Positions 23,610 through 36,660 of a stretch of DNA of 64,000 nucleotides are shown one piece after another. The notes beneath the pieces are model-generated. The model did no database searches. It saw only the letters and a list, made by a program, of their open reading frames with translations, and was not told where the DNA came from. The DNA comes from Eledone cirrhosa. Taxonomy: Eukaryota. Position numbers and translations under genes: made by a program. Positions within the stretch are counted from its first letter, which is position 1. Every line of letters begins with the position of its first letter. The stretch covers positions 12,772,001 through 12,836,000 of the forward strand of contig OZ024752.1 in the NCBI GenBank assembly GCA_964016885.1. The letters are read 5' to 3'.

Positions 23610-23924
23610 ATTTAGAATATAGTTTTTGTTTCACAACTTCATTATGTAATGAGTTTCCATTATGTTTAGTTTCAACAAGTTTCTTGAAAGTGTTTACTTC
23701 TGGTCAATCATATGCTAGGAATATTTTGAAAGCAAGAGATTGAATAAAAGAACTTTGTATAGGGATTCATAGAGTAGAAGAAGGAGGAAGAGATAGCAGG
23801 TGTGAAAGAGGAAAGGTAGGAAGAGAGAAGGTGAGAGAGAGCAAGGGAGAACAAGAGCAATAAAATAATATCAGAAGTGATTTTAATCTTATGGATGTTT
23901 GAAAGAAGGTGGTGAATTAGTAGT

Positions 23925-25030
23925 GTTAGAACGTCAGATAGAATGGCAGAGTCGTTAGAACATCAGATAGAACGGCAGAGTCGTTAGAACGTCAGATAGA
24001 ATGGTAGAGTCGTTAGAACATCAGATAGAATGGCAGAGTCGTTAGAACATCAGATAGAATGGCAGAGTCGTTAGAACATCAGATAGAATGGCAGAGTCGT
24101 TAGAACATCAGATAGAATGGCAGAGTCGTTAGAACGTCAGATAGAACGGCAGAGTCGTTAGAACGTCAGATAGAACGGCAGAGTCGTTAGAACGTTAGAT
24201 AGAACGGCAGAGTCGTTAGAACGTCAGATAGAATGGCAGAGTCGTTAGAACGCCAGATAGAACGGCAGAGTCGTTAGAACGTCGGATAGAACGGCAGAGT
24301 CGTTAGAACGTCAGATAGAATGGTAGAGTTGTTAGAACGTCAGATAGAATGGCAGAGTTGTTAGAACGTCAGATAGAATGGCAGAGTCGTTAGAACGTCA
24401 GATAGAATGGTAGAGTTGTTAGAACGTCAGATAGAATGGTAGAGTCGTTAGAACGTCAGATAGAATGGCAGAGTTGTTAGAACGTCAGATAGAATGGCAG
24501 AGTCGTTAGAACGTCAGATAGAATGGTAGAGTCGTTAGAACGTCAGATAGAATGGTAGAGTCGTTAGAACGTCAGATAGAATGGTAGAGTCGTTAGAACG
24601 TCAGATAGAATGGCAGAGTCGTTAGAACGTCAGATAGAATGGCAGAGTCGTTAGAACGTCAGATAGAATGGCAGAGTCGTTAGAACGTCAGATAGAATGG
24701 CAGAGTCGTTAGAACATCAGATAGAATGGCAGAGTCGTTAGAACGTCAGATAGAATGGCAGAGTCGTTAGAACGTCAGATAGAATGGCAGAGTCGTTAGA
24801 ACGTCAGATAGAATGGCAGAGTCGTTAGAACGTCAGATAGAATGGCAGAGTCGTTAGAACGTCAGATAGAATGGCAGAGTCGTTAGAACGTCAGATAGAA
24901 TGGCAGAGTCGTTAGAACGTCAGATAGAATGGTAGAGTCGTTAGAACGTCAGATAGAATGGCAGAGTCATTAGAACGTCAGATAGAATGGTAGAGTCGTT
25001 AGAACGTCAGATAGAATGTCAGATAGAATG
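23925..25030. repeat. 29-bp minisatellite, about 38 copies, inside a SINE head
   Basis: Unit GAATGGCAGAGTCGTTAGAACGTCAGATA; SINE B box and core follow at 25060-25140. Confidence 0.95.
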
Positions 25031-26156
25031 CTTTATGGTATTTGTTCAGCTCTCTGCTCTCTCAGTTCAAATCCCACCGAGGTCAACTTTGCCTTTCATC
25101 CTTTTGAGGTCGATAAAAAAAGTACCAGTTTAGTACTGGAATCGATTATTCCTCTCTCTGGAAGAAATTTACTGTACTCAGGCTTGGAAAAGGATGGGCT
25201 CTACCAGGCTTAAAATGCCCAAGAAACGCCATATATCAGTATGGCACCCCCTACCACTCACAGGATTCCCAGGCAGGGTGCAAGATTAAAAGGAAAAAAT
25301 ATTAAGTCAGAGAAGAACATGTGTGTGTCTATACAATATTTATGTATTAAAAAGTTTAAATTATAAACATTTGTTGAAATATTTTCAAGGGAATGTATAA
25401 ATAACACCAATGTAAAAAAACAGGGTTGTGCCAAACGTAGAAACAATTATTTATTTTGAGAATAATACCTTAAAGTCAGTATGAGTGGCCAGTTACAGCC
25501 GGTTTGAACAGAAAGTGGTGAGAGATTTCTGGCCGGATACCACTGGTTTAAATGATAAAGGGTTAAGCATATACAGTAAGTGTTTACCTGGATAGGATTA
25601 TAGTCTGTACATGATGTTAAGAGTTGTTGACAACCTTGTATATACAACATAAAAAAATTAACATATGTAATCTAATACTGTAAATTTTCACAATGATCTG
25701 TCTACCAGTAACGATACTGCAAACATTTCTGCTATATCATTATAGATGTCAAAAGTTAGGGAAAGTGGAGTTAAAGAGGGTCTCAAAGTGAGCGTTACCC
25801 CCCCCCCCCCCCCGGGTGGAGTTGAGAAGGTCCAGGGGACGGTTGAGATTATATAATAGTATATTAAATATCAAATGATACATATAAATACAGCAAAATA
25901 AAAAAATATATAATATTTATTCATTGTATATATTTTATTATTTATTATATATAAATTAACGATTTTATTTATATATATATATATTATTTACAATTTGCAT
26001 GTAGGTAGGTCTCTCTGGAAATAGGGGTGGGGGCACAGAGGCTGTTACATGGCTGTGAGTGGGGCAATGACCCCAAAAAGTTTGAGAACCTCTGGTTTAG
26101 TTCCTATAAATTGTTTTGAATCATGAAAATATTTTACTTTAAATATTCTGTTTTAG

Positions 26157-26405
26157 ACCACGAGGCTCCCAAAATAGAATGCCCGGAAAATCTGGAATAT
26201 TCTGTTGAAACAAACAAGGTGTTAAATAAGGATGACTTTGTAGTAAATGCTACAGATAATTCTAATTCCGTAAATTTGATTTTTGAACCAGAAGAATTAT
26301 ACCTTGAGTATAAGAAGAAATCTTCAAATATCTACAGTGTAAAAGCAACTGCTGCAGATGCCTCAAATAATACAGCAAGTTGTTATATATATATCAAAGT
26401 TAAAT
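26157..26405 (+). CDS. Exon 6: HYR domain
   Basis: ttttag|AC...AAAT|gtaagt; DHEAPKIECP...ATDNS...ATAADASNNTASCYIYIKVK; 249 nt. Confidence 0.92.
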
Positions 26406-26529
26406 GTAAGTTTTATTTTTATAAATATTTTTTTAAAAATCGAAATTTAGTCGTCCCAATGTAGATAACTATAGTAATAATCAAGGATATGTAAAGTACC
26501 CCTGGAAATGAAAAAAAGCGAACAGAGGT

Positions 26530-26840
26530 ACCTTCTTCTTCAGCCACGTTTACACTCACAAAGATTCAGCACACTTTCTCTAATTGTCCCGGTCAAGTGT
26601 GACATTTCTCAGTTCATCGATGTTATCAATGTTGGCATCTCTCAGCAGGGTATCAATGAATGAGACGGCTTGTCTTCCCACACTTCTTCGCCCGACTGCC
26701 AGTTTCCAGAGCACAAGTTGTGATGCTGTCTCTTCTCGATGACAGATGCAGTGCCCAGCCCATTTCATTCATCAGCAGGCAACCTTTCTTGAGACTGGTG
26801 GTAGTGATCTGTATATTTCTTTATTTGTCAGCTTCTGTTT
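26530..26840 (-). mobile_element. RTE-like 3' fragment (second copy at 2265-2460)
   Basis: KWAGHCICHREETASQLVLWK...GRRSVGRQ; (GAA)n tail. Confidence 0.65.
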
Positions 26841-27040
26841 NNNNNNNNNNNNNNNNNNNNNNNNNNNNNNNNNNNNNNNNNNNNNNNNNNNNNNNNNNNN
26901 NNNNNNNNNNNNNNNNNNNNNNNNNNNNNNNNNNNNNNNNNNNNNNNNNNNNNNNNNNNNNNNNNNNNNNNNNNNNNNNNNNNNNNNNNNNNNNNNNNNN
27001 NNNNNNNNNNNNNNNNNNNNNNNNNNNNNNNNNNNNNNNN
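26841..27040. other. Assembly gap (200 N)
   Basis: Run of N; exon phases on either side still match. Confidence 0.99.
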
Positions 27041-27284
27041 AATTGGCAGAGCGTTGGATGAAATGCCATTGCATATTTGTTCTGACTATTTACGTTCAGA
27101 GTTCAAATCCTAGTGAGGTCAGCTTTGCCTTTCAGTTTTCTGGGCTTGAAAAATAAAGTACCAGTTATATTAAAGGGTTGATTAAAGTACCAGTCATATA
27201 AAAGGGTTGATTTATCCAACCATTACCTCCTCCAAAAATTTGCTGGCCTTGTGCCTTAATGAGAAATCAATATTTTTTTTTCAG

Positions 27285-27479
27285 TTATTGGCAGCAAAAT
27301 ATGCAGTGTTGAAAATATCCCCAATGCAGAAAAGGAATGCTCAGACACTCCTAATGGAATTAACTGTACAATCTCTTGCAGTAACAACTATAAATTTTAC
27401 CATAATGTTAATGCAACAAATATGGTTATCAGTTGTAATTATAACCAGGGCTGGGACCAAGAGCCACCATTTTGTGTCG
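27285..27479 (+). CDS. Exon 7: CCP-like domain
   Basis: tttcag|TT...GTCG|gtaagt; KICSVENIPNAEKECSDTPNGINCTISCSNNYKF...SCNYNQGWDQEPPFCV; 195 nt; this frame is not shown in the ORF track. Confidence 0.88.
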
Positions 27480-27554
27480 GTAAGTTCATATGATAAAACT
27501 GTAAATATAAATATATTTGAATTCATCTTCAGTGCAATAATGTCTTGTACATGT

Positions 27555-27978
27555 CATCACCATCACCATCACCATCACCATCATCGCCACCACCACCATC
27601 ATCACCACAACCACCACAACCATCATCATCAGCACCATCACCACAACCATCACCGCCACCACCACCATCACCGCCACCATCACCATCACCATCACCGCCA
27701 CCACCACCATCACCACCACAACCATCATCATCAGCACCATCACCACAACCATCACCGCCACCACCACCACTACCACCACCACCATCACATTCAGCACCAC
27801 CACCACCGCCACCACAACCATCACCGCCCCCATCACCATCACCACCACCACCACCACCATCACCATCACCACCACCACCACGACCATCACCACCACTACC
27901 ACTACCACCATCACCATCAGCACTATCACCACCACCACCACCAATCGTCATCATCATCACCATCATCATCGTCATCAT
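27555..27978. repeat. (CAC/CAT)n trinucleotide field
   Basis: Direct reading. Confidence 0.92.
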
Positions 27979-29566
27979 TATTTAACCTCCACTTTCCCTG
28001 TAAGCAAGAGTTGGATGAGTCTTTACTAAAGTGGGACCACTGACATCCCAGAAAAGCTGGGGTTCATAGCTCCCTTACATACAGTTCCACATTCAACCAA
28101 GTGCATTTTATTGTGATACCAGCACTAGAGATGTCATGTCCTTGATACAACTGAAGGGTCCTACCAACTCTTTGTTTGGCAAGCCTTCTACTGCTGGATG
28201 CCCTCCCTATTACCAGCCACTTTACAGCATGTACTGAGTATGTTTATCAAGTAGATTACCAACACTAAAAAGGTTGTTGTGCCATTGACACAATAGAGGG
28301 GTCCGCTTAACCCTTTTGAGTAAAGTTTCTACATCATCATAATCCTCATCATCACTGTTTAACATCCATTTGTAGAATTAATAGAATATTAATTGAGATG
28401 CCTTTCAGTATTTGCTCCAGCTTTGTATTCTGAGATCAAATTTTACTCTAGCCTCATTGGGTTGTAGACTTAATTTGTTACTCAGTTTAACCCCACAGCA
28501 TTTTCATTACTATATATTTGTGTGTATGTGTGTGACAGCTATGCAGGTTTAGCTGGCCTCCTCCAAGGTATGTGTCTTGGGTGATTTAATGATAGGGACC
28601 CCAGTCCTATCATCTCAGTTCTACAGCTGAGTAAACTGGAGCAACGTGAAATAAAGTGTCTTGTTCAAGGAAACAACACATCACCCGGTCCGAGAATTGA
28701 ACTCACAACCTTTCGATTGCAAGCCCAATGTTCTAACCACTAAGCCATGCATCTTCACTATATATTTGCTACTGTATTTTCACGAAAGGCTTTATTTCAC
28801 ATGATTATCTCACATATCGAATCTATGTATGAGCAGCCAGTTATGGCCAGTTTGAATAGAAAGAGGTGAAAGAATTCTGGCGAGTTTAAATTCTAAAGTG
28901 TTAATGGACTCGGCCTTAGAGTGTCTTGAGTGGAGTCCACTCTTGTTTCAAGCATTCAATTCAAGTCATTCATTGGTTTGAGGTTATATTCCTCCCCTAT
29001 CCAATTAGTCTCAGTGGCCCTTAAAAGGGTAATTGGAATTGCCCTTTCCTCTCTAACTAAACAGTAAAAAATAAAATAATAATGGTTTCTGATTTAGGCA
29101 CAAGGCCAGCAATTTTGAGGGAGGGTAATGTCGATTAAATCGACACTGTTCATTACTAGTGCTTTATTTTATCGATCCTGCAAGGATGAAAGGCAAGGCA
29201 AAGTAAACCTTGGAAGGATTTGAACTCGGACCATAAAGGGTCCTAACTCTATGCTGCAAAAAAACAACATTACTTTGTTTTGTTTTATTTGCCATCCTTT
29301 ATCCTTTATATATTTCTACAACAGTGTACCAGCTTTCTTAAACTTATTTATTATATAATAATTGTTTCTACTTTCGCCACAAGGCCATTAATTATCCCAG
29401 TGCATTACTGGTACTTTATTTTGTCGACCCCGTAAGGAGGAAAGGCAAAGTTAACCTCGGCGGGATTTGAACCTATAGCGTAAAGGGCCGTAACTCTATG
29501 CCGCAAAGCATAGCAACCGACTCTCTACTGCTACTAATAATAATATTTCTGTTTCTTTTTTTACAG

Positions 29567-29778
29567 AAGAAATAACGAAGAACTATCAATTTTCGGTTAT
29601 ATACAAATATCAGACAGAAAATATTACATGCATACAAAATGAACTTATGGGTGATGTTTTCAAAGAATATAGCTATTTTGTCGAATATCTTCATAAATTT
29701 TATATTGGCTATTTTAACATCACCAGGCCAACTGCTAGCTATAATTTACCAGTTTCCACTGAACTGATGAATAATTCG
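29567..29778 (+). CDS. Exon 8: linker region
   Basis: tttttacag|AA...TCG|gtaaat; open frame EITKNYQFSVIYKY...ELMNNS; phase 1-0 exactly bridges exons 7 and 9. Confidence 0.75.
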
Positions 29779-30080
29779 GTAAATCTTAAAAATTTGATAT
29801 ATACTTTGAAATTTGACTTCCTTTTTATTTTCTATATTACTTTAGTTTTTGGTCAGAGGTACTGCTGCATCATCCTGTAATTTCTGTATGTCAATATGGC
29901 GTTATAGGGCATTTTAAAAATGGCAGAGCCTATCTCCTCTCCAGGTCTGAAGACAGCTGATTTATTCCAGAGAAGGATAGAGAGTGAGAGAATGAAAGCG
30001 AGAATAGATATAAAGGAAGTATCAACCCCTGTACTAGACTGGTACATTTTTATTGATTACAAATCGATGAAAAGTAAAGT

Positions 30081-30801
30081 TGAATTGCATCAAAAAAGGT
30101 CATGCTGTCAATTTGGTGAGATTACAAAGGTATTGTGTATTTTGAGCTGCTTCCAAGGAACCAAACGATCAATTCCAATGTTTACTGTCAACAACTAATG
30201 AAACTGGAGGAAGCAATCAAAGAAAAACGGCCAGATATGGAAAATTGTAAAGGAATCGTGTTCCATCATGACAACGTTAGACCAAACACGTCTTTGTTAA
30301 CTCGTGATAAATTATTGGAGCTTGGTTGGGCAGTGATGTCACATCCACCATATAGCTCTGACCTTGCACCATCAGATTACCATTTATTTAGAAGTTTGCA
30401 AAATTCTTTGAATAGTAAAACTTTCAATATTGATAATTGTTTCTACTTTTGGCACAAGGCCAGCAATTACCCAGTGTATTACTGGTACTTTATTTTATCG
30501 ACCCTGTAAGGATGAAAGGCAAAGTTAACCTCGGCGGGATTTGAACTCAGATCGTAAAGGGACGTAACTACGCTGGAAAGCATGTCTGACCCTCTACCAA
30601 TACTGCCAATTCACCAATGACCTGAAATCACACTTCCTTCAGTTTTTGGCTGATAAGGACTAGAAGTTCTATAAGTGCAGAATCATGAAGTTGCCAGAAA
30701 GATGGTGAAATATCATTGGACAAAATGGAAAATATATAATTGATTAAAGTTCATTCTTTGTGTGAAATAAAAAACGAAATTACTTTCTTGTCAACCCAAT
30801 A
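30081..30801 (+). mobile_element. Mariner transposon remnant (3' half of transposase + right TIR), interrupted by a SINE at about 30432-30617
   Basis: ELLPRNQTINSNVYCQQL, VFHHDNVRP, HPPYSSDLAPSDYHLF; terminal ...AATTACTTTCTTGTCAACCCAATA then TA. Confidence 0.88.
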
Positions 30802-31246
30802 TATATTAAGTTATTATCTAATGAAATAATTAATAATTTTAGTAAATTCCTCAAAATTCTTCATTAATTAATTAAAATAGAATCTATTTTATTAAAAATG
30901 TGGTCATGAAAGGGTTAATGATACAAAACACCTAATCAGAAATATGGGGTCCAATTCCTCATAGCAGCTGATAGCAACTTCCTTTTCTGTCTTCAAGGTT
31001 CTTCACCCTATTTTATAATCTATTTTATTGCATCTCCACACATGAGCACACTATTCTGTATATAATCTTTATCCCCTCAGCACTTCGTAAAAAGTCTTAA
31101 TTAATTAAAATAAAGTGTATTTTATTAGAAATGCAGTCATGAAAGGGTTAATTCTGTCACTTCTTTAATTTTATAAAGTTTGTCATCTTACCATTAATTA
31201 ACTCTAAAATATTTCACTTCTAACAGTGTGTTATATTCATTCATTC

Positions 31247-31640
31247 ATTCTTCTTCTTCTTCTTCTTCTTCTTCTTCTTCTTCTTCTTCTTCTTCTTCTT
31301 CTTCTTCTTCTCCCCCCCCCCCTTCTTTTTCTTCTTTTTTTTCTTCTTTTTCTTTTTCTTTTTCTTCTTTTACTTTTTCTTTTTTTCTTTTTCTTTTCTT
31401 TTTCTTTTTCTTTTTCTTCTTTTTCTTCCTTTTCTTTTTCTTCTTTTTCTTTTTCTTCTTTTTCTTCTTTTTCTTCTTTTTCTTCTTTTTCTTTTTCTTC
31501 TTTTTTTCTTCTTTTTCTTCTTTTTCTTTTTCTTTTTCTTCTTTTTCTTCTTTTTCTTTTTCTTTTTCTTTTTCTTTTTATTCTTCTTTTTCTTTTTCTT
31601 TTTTTTCTTTCTTTTTCTTCTTTTTCTTTTTCTTCTTCTT
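31247..31640. repeat. (TTC)n/(TTTTTC)n polypyrimidine field
   Basis: About 390 nt of almost pure C/T. Confidence 0.92.
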
Positions 31641-32124
31641 TAGCAGTTAGAAATACATTTTCTTCTTCACCCACTTATTCATGGGGGCAGAGTCCTTAAA
31701 CACATCTCCAACTAATTCAGCTGGATCCCCAAGTGAGACCAGCCCAGCTCATGGATGTTATTCAACCATCTTGCTCGGGATTGACCCTGGGTCTCCTGCC
31801 AGTTGGTTTTGCCCATAAAATATGTCCTGCGATTCTTTCCTGAGACATTCTAACCACATGCCCATAATATCGGGGCTGTGATCTCTCAATTCAGAGATGT
31901 AGCAGCTCTACCTGGAGTGACTCTCTGATCTCCGAGCTACAAATTTGTCCAGAAATTCTTTCCTGAGACATTCTAACCACATGCCCATAATATCGGGGCT
32001 GTGATCTCTCAATTCAGAGATGTAGCAGTTCTACCTGCTGTTTCTCTAATTTTAAATCTTTGCATCATAAATTCTGCCCAACAGATCTTTGAAAATCAGA
32101 AGATTTTATTTTCTTTCTCTACAG

Positions 32125-32326
32125 GTTTATGCAACTATTCGGTTTGAATACAATGCAGAGCCTGAATATATGTTAGCAGTAAAGGGGCAATTTTATTCAA
32201 GATATGGAATGAGATCAGGAAGTGATGCTTTTGAAACTAACTGTACAACAACAAAAGAGCTGGTAAACCACACAGAAGGTTACAAGTGTTCTGGAAATGC
32301 AAAGCTTGTTCAAGGAAACATATGTC
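32125..32326 (+). CDS. Exon 9: linker leading into the Cys-rich region
   Basis: ctacag|GTT...TGTC|gtaagt; VYATIRFEY...GYKCSGNAKLVQGNIC; phase 0-1. Confidence 0.85.
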
Positions 32327-33326
32327 GTAAGTGGACAATTTGTAAAATACTATCTCTTTGTCTTTGTCATCATCATTATCATCATAATCATTATTATCAT
32401 CATAATCATCATTATCATACGTATCTCTGGCTTGGCACTCCCCCTCTCTATATAAAGTGTCCCCCATCACTATATAGATGAGGGTGAAGTCATAACTTTC
32501 TATCTATCCAGCTCTTTCTGTCATCTCGAAAACACACAGCATTTAATTTTCTCTCTCTATCTATGTATATATCTCTTGCTTGGTGCTCCCCCTGTCTCTA
32601 TATCTAGTGAGTGTGACGGATGGAGAAACAGACAGACATACAGACCACACTCTTATTATAAGATAGATTATTTGAAACTTCCTTTGAATTCTGTGTAATG
32701 AATACATCTACAAAGGCTCAGTGATGTCACATCTGCTCAAGTGTGACGGACGCGAATACTTAAACTGAGCAGGCTCAGTGATGTCACATCTGCTCAAGTG
32801 TGACGGGCGCGAATACTTAAACTGAGCAGTTCAATTGCTGCTAGATTTCCACCCTACCAAGATATGTCCAGCGCTCCTTCTCCTATTGCCATCAGCAACT
32901 CAGGGTACCACTAGCTGACACATTTCATATGCCACAACATGGCATTAGAAGGTTGGACACTATGCTTTGATGCATAGAGTTACGGCCCTTGCCATTTTGA
33001 GTTCAAATCCCGCCGAGGTTAACTTTGCCTTTCATCCTTACGGGGGTCGATAAAATAAAGTACCAGTAATACACTGGGGTAATTGCTGGCCTTGTGCCAA
33101 AAGTAGAAACATTTTTTAGGGCGGTGGATTGGCAGTATCGGTAGAGGGCTGGACGCCATGCTTTGCAGCATGGAGTTATGACCCTTTGTGTTCTGAGTTC
33201 AAATCCCGCCAAGGTTAACCTTGCTTTTCATCCTTACGGGGTCGATAAAATAAAGTACCAGTAATACACTGGGGTAATTGCTGGCCTTGTGCCAAAAGTA
33301 GAACCAATTATTATTATTATTATTAT

Positions 33327-34120
33327 GTGCTACCGGGGAGCGTTGCTGGTTCAAGATAAGCTCTACAGGCATGGAAGTGCCGTCAGCCGAGCCTGTCCGA
33401 GATGCGTGCAGAGCGACAAAACCGTCGTGCACGCACTCATTCAGTGCCCGAGCATTGCTGACTTGTGGAGCTATGTCGAACAGTTGCTGTCGTGTGTAGG
33501 ACTGATCCGGTTATCGATTGAGTCCATTGTGCAGATGGTCTCGCCGTCTTCCTTCGAGGAGGAAGGGCAGGCGGTTTTCATCTGCCTGGTGGCCATGGCG
33601 AAAGAGATTGTGTGGTGGACAAGGTTGAATGGGTTAAAGACAGACACTTTCCTCTTCGGCGAATCCCTAATTAACTTTTTCAAGTTTCACTTGAAGAGGA
33701 AAATCAGGGTGGAGAGGCAAGTGCTGCCTTCTAGCAAGTTTGTTGAAAGGTGGGTGAATGTAGCGAGAATGGTCCGAGTGAACGGGACCGCTCTGAATAT
33801 ACGTCTGTAGTTTGAGAAATGGAAAAATTCAGAGAGGGCACTTGCCCTGGTGGTCAGGGTGGCTGTGGTCTTTTGTGTGGTTTTAGCCACGAGTAACCCT
33901 CAGAGGTTTCCTCCCTATTGGGGAATTTTTCATCGTTTCAATTTTTGTTTTTATTGTTTATATTTATATATGTTTCTGTTTTTTTTTTCTTTTTTATATA
34001 AATAATAAAAATCTTTACACGCACAAAACCCACATCGTACCGTCCTGTACCGTCCTGTACCGTCCTGTGCCATCTGTAATGTTTTTCTTGATGTCAGCCC
34101 TTGTGGCCTATAAAAAAATC
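33327..34120 (+). mobile_element. 5'-truncated Tx1-clade LINE fragment related to the full-length copy
   Basis: CYRGALLVQDKLYRHG...CPRC...MAKEIVWWTRL aligns with the ORF2 C-terminus at 4935-5440; similar 3' end (GTGGCCTATAAAAAAATC); (ATT)n on both sides. Confidence 0.9.
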
Positions 34121-34138
34121 ATTATTATTATTATTATT

Positions 34139-35090
34139 GTTCTTTGAGTCTCAGTCATTGATGTTAGTTAACTGGAAAGTTTGTTGAAATGAATATCAAG
34201 CCACTACCTGCAGCCTCAGATATTCAGGACGTATCGGAGGGTTCTTGCTGTTCCCAGCAAGCATGCCTTTTGAAGTGTTCCAAAAAGCGGGGCGGGGCCA
34301 ATTTTCTTTAACCATCCTTGGAAACTCTTTGAGATAGTACCTAGTGCGCCTATGACAATCGGGACCACTTTGACTTCATGGCAGTTCCAAATCCTTTTTA
34401 CCTCCCACTTTAAGTCCTGGTATCGGTTAATTTTCTCACTCTCCTTCTCTTGCACTCTCGTGTTGAATGGGCAGGCCACATCCACAATCAGGCACGATCT
34501 TTTTTCCTTGTCTAAAACCACCAGGTCAGGTCTATTGTGTTCCAGTTTCTTGTCCGTTTGTATCCTAAAATTCCACAGCACCTTCACCTGATCGTTTTCT
34601 ATCACCGACTCTGGCTTATGCTCATACCACTTCTCAGAATGTGGTAAATTGTTTACTTTGCATAGGTGCCAGTGGATCACCCTGCCCATCACATCATGTC
34701 TCCAGCCTTTATAGTGAGTCTGGGCTAGGTGTTTACACTCGGATACAATGTGAGCCACAGTCTCCTCTCTCTCTCCACAGTCTCCTCTCTCTCTCCACAG
34801 ATCCTACACAGTGGGCTAGCCTCCTCCTTGTAAATATGATGTTTCACCCACTTCATTTTGAGGGCCTGCTCTTGTGCAGCCATTAGCATTCCTTCTGTAG
34901 CCTTTTAAAGGTCTCCTCTTTTCAATCAGTTCCATGTCTGTGGATCTCTGAATTCAGTTTTCTCAAAGAAGGTACTATGAAGGGATTTTTCATGAAGGTT
35001 GCTCTTTCTCCTTGTTTTTCCTCCTTGGACATTTCCCGGTCTATTGTCCTCTCCTTCAGTACAATTCTGAGCATTGGCTCCCTACTATCA
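34139..35090 (-). mobile_element. Second, diverged 3' fragment of the same R4/Dong-like family
   Basis: ORF 34216-34758 encodes nearly the same protein as 35317-36207; same 3' UTR; internal 20-bp duplication and frameshifts. Confidence 0.88.
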
Positions 35091-35239
35091 GTCATTCTGA
35101 GTTCAAATCCCACCGAGGTTGACTTTGCCTTTCATCCTTACGGGGTCGATAAAATAAAGCACCAGTAATGCACTGGGTAATTGTTGGCTTTGTGCCTAAA
35201 GTAGAAACAATTATTATTATTATTATTATTGTTATTGTT

Positions 35240-36230
35240 ATTCCTTGAATCTCAGTCATTGATGTTGGTTAACTGGAAAGTCCGTTGGATTGAATATCAA
35301 GCCACTACCTGCAGCCTCAGATATTCAGGACGTATCGGAGGGTTCTTACCGTTCCAAGCAAGCATGCCTTTTGAAGCGTTCCAAAAAGCGTGAAGGGGCC
35401 GATTTTCTTTAACCATCCCTGGAAACCTTTGGAGATAGTCCCCAGTGCGCCTATGACAATCGGGATCACTTTGACTTCATGGCAGTTCCAAATCCTTTTC
35501 ACCTCCCACTTTAGGTCCTGGTATCGGTTAATTTTCTCCCTCTCCTTCTCTTGCACTCTCGTGTCGAACGGGCAGGCCACATCCACAATCAGGCACGATC
35601 TTTTTTCTTTGTCCACAACCACCAGGTCAGGTCTATTGTGTTCCAGTTTTTTGTCCGTCTGTATCCTAAAATCCCACAGCACCTTCACCTGACTGTTCTC
35701 CATCACCGCCTCTGGCCTATGCTCATACCATTTCTCAGAATGTGGTAGATTGTTTACTTTGCACAGGTGCCAGTGGATCACCCTGCCCATCACATCGTGT
35801 CTCCAGCCCTTATAGTGGGTCTGGGCTAGGTGTTTACACTCGGACACAATGTGAGCCACAGTCTCCTCTCTCTCTCCACAGATCCTGCACAGTGGGCTAG
35901 CCTCCTCCTTGTATATATGGTGCTTCAACCACTTCGTTTTGAGGGCCTGCTCCTGCGCAGCCATTAGCATTCCTTCTGTAGCCTTTTTGAGGTCTCCTCT
36001 TCTCAACCAGTTCCATGTCTGTGGATCTCTAAATTCAGTTTTCTCAAAGAAGGTACTATGAAGGGATTTTCCCTTAAGGCTGCTCTTCCTCCTTGATGTT
36101 ATTTCCTCCTTGGGTATCCCCTGGCCTACTGTCCCCTCCTTCAGTACAGCTCTGAGCATTGGCTCCTTACTATAGGTCACGTATTTGTATAGGTTGTTTT
36201 TCTCCATCTGAACACAGTCCTCTATGCTGA
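35240..36230 (-). mobile_element. 3' fragment of an R4/Dong-like RLE non-LTR retrotransposon (open 296-aa C-terminus)
   Basis: CRICGEREETVAHIVSEC (CCHC), RHD, RPDLVVVD...IVDVACP...K (restriction-like endonuclease); (AAT)n tail. Confidence 0.88.
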
Positions 36231-36232
36231 TA

Positions 36233-36274
<42 letters not shown>

Positions 36275-36329
36275 ATATTTATCTTGCTTTATGTTCATAC
36301 AAATTAAAACCAAGTCAAAACCAGTGACC

Positions 36330-36660
36330 TCAAGAGACAACAAGGTCTGCCATGTTCAAGAAAGAACATACACACACATGCATCTTTAGGTGTTTACACT
36401 TGTGATGTACTTGTATTGACAGAATCTTCCTGAGTATATTGGCAGTTCCTATTAGTACTATCTTTTGTTTTTCTTCTATACGGGTTTCTTGGGATTTGGG
36501 ATAAGTAATCATTAGACCCCTTAGGTATCATCCCTAGAGAACCTACAACCACTGGTATTGTTTTAGTTCTCAACTTCCACATTTTTCCTATGTCTATCTC
36601 CAGGTCTTTATACTTGCTCAATTTGATTCCAGACATTTCTCTGGAAGAAACAATCATCAG
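36330..36660 (-). mobile_element. Older RLE-type LINE C-terminal remnant
   Basis: KLSKYKDLEIDIGKMWKLRTKTIPVVVGSLG...QKIVLIGTANILRKILS. Confidence 0.75.

Noticed and set aside
23925-25030. CRISPR-like appearance of this and other arrays
   Set aside because: Units abut with no unique spacers; eukaryotic intron; no cas genes.
27486-28043. His-, Pro-, Gly- or Val-rich ORFs
   Set aside because: Translations of a CAC/CAT microsatellite; the real exon 7 uses another frame.
31226-31699. Phe/Ser- or Lys/Arg/Glu-rich ORFs
   Set aside because: Translations of a polypyrimidine simple repeat.
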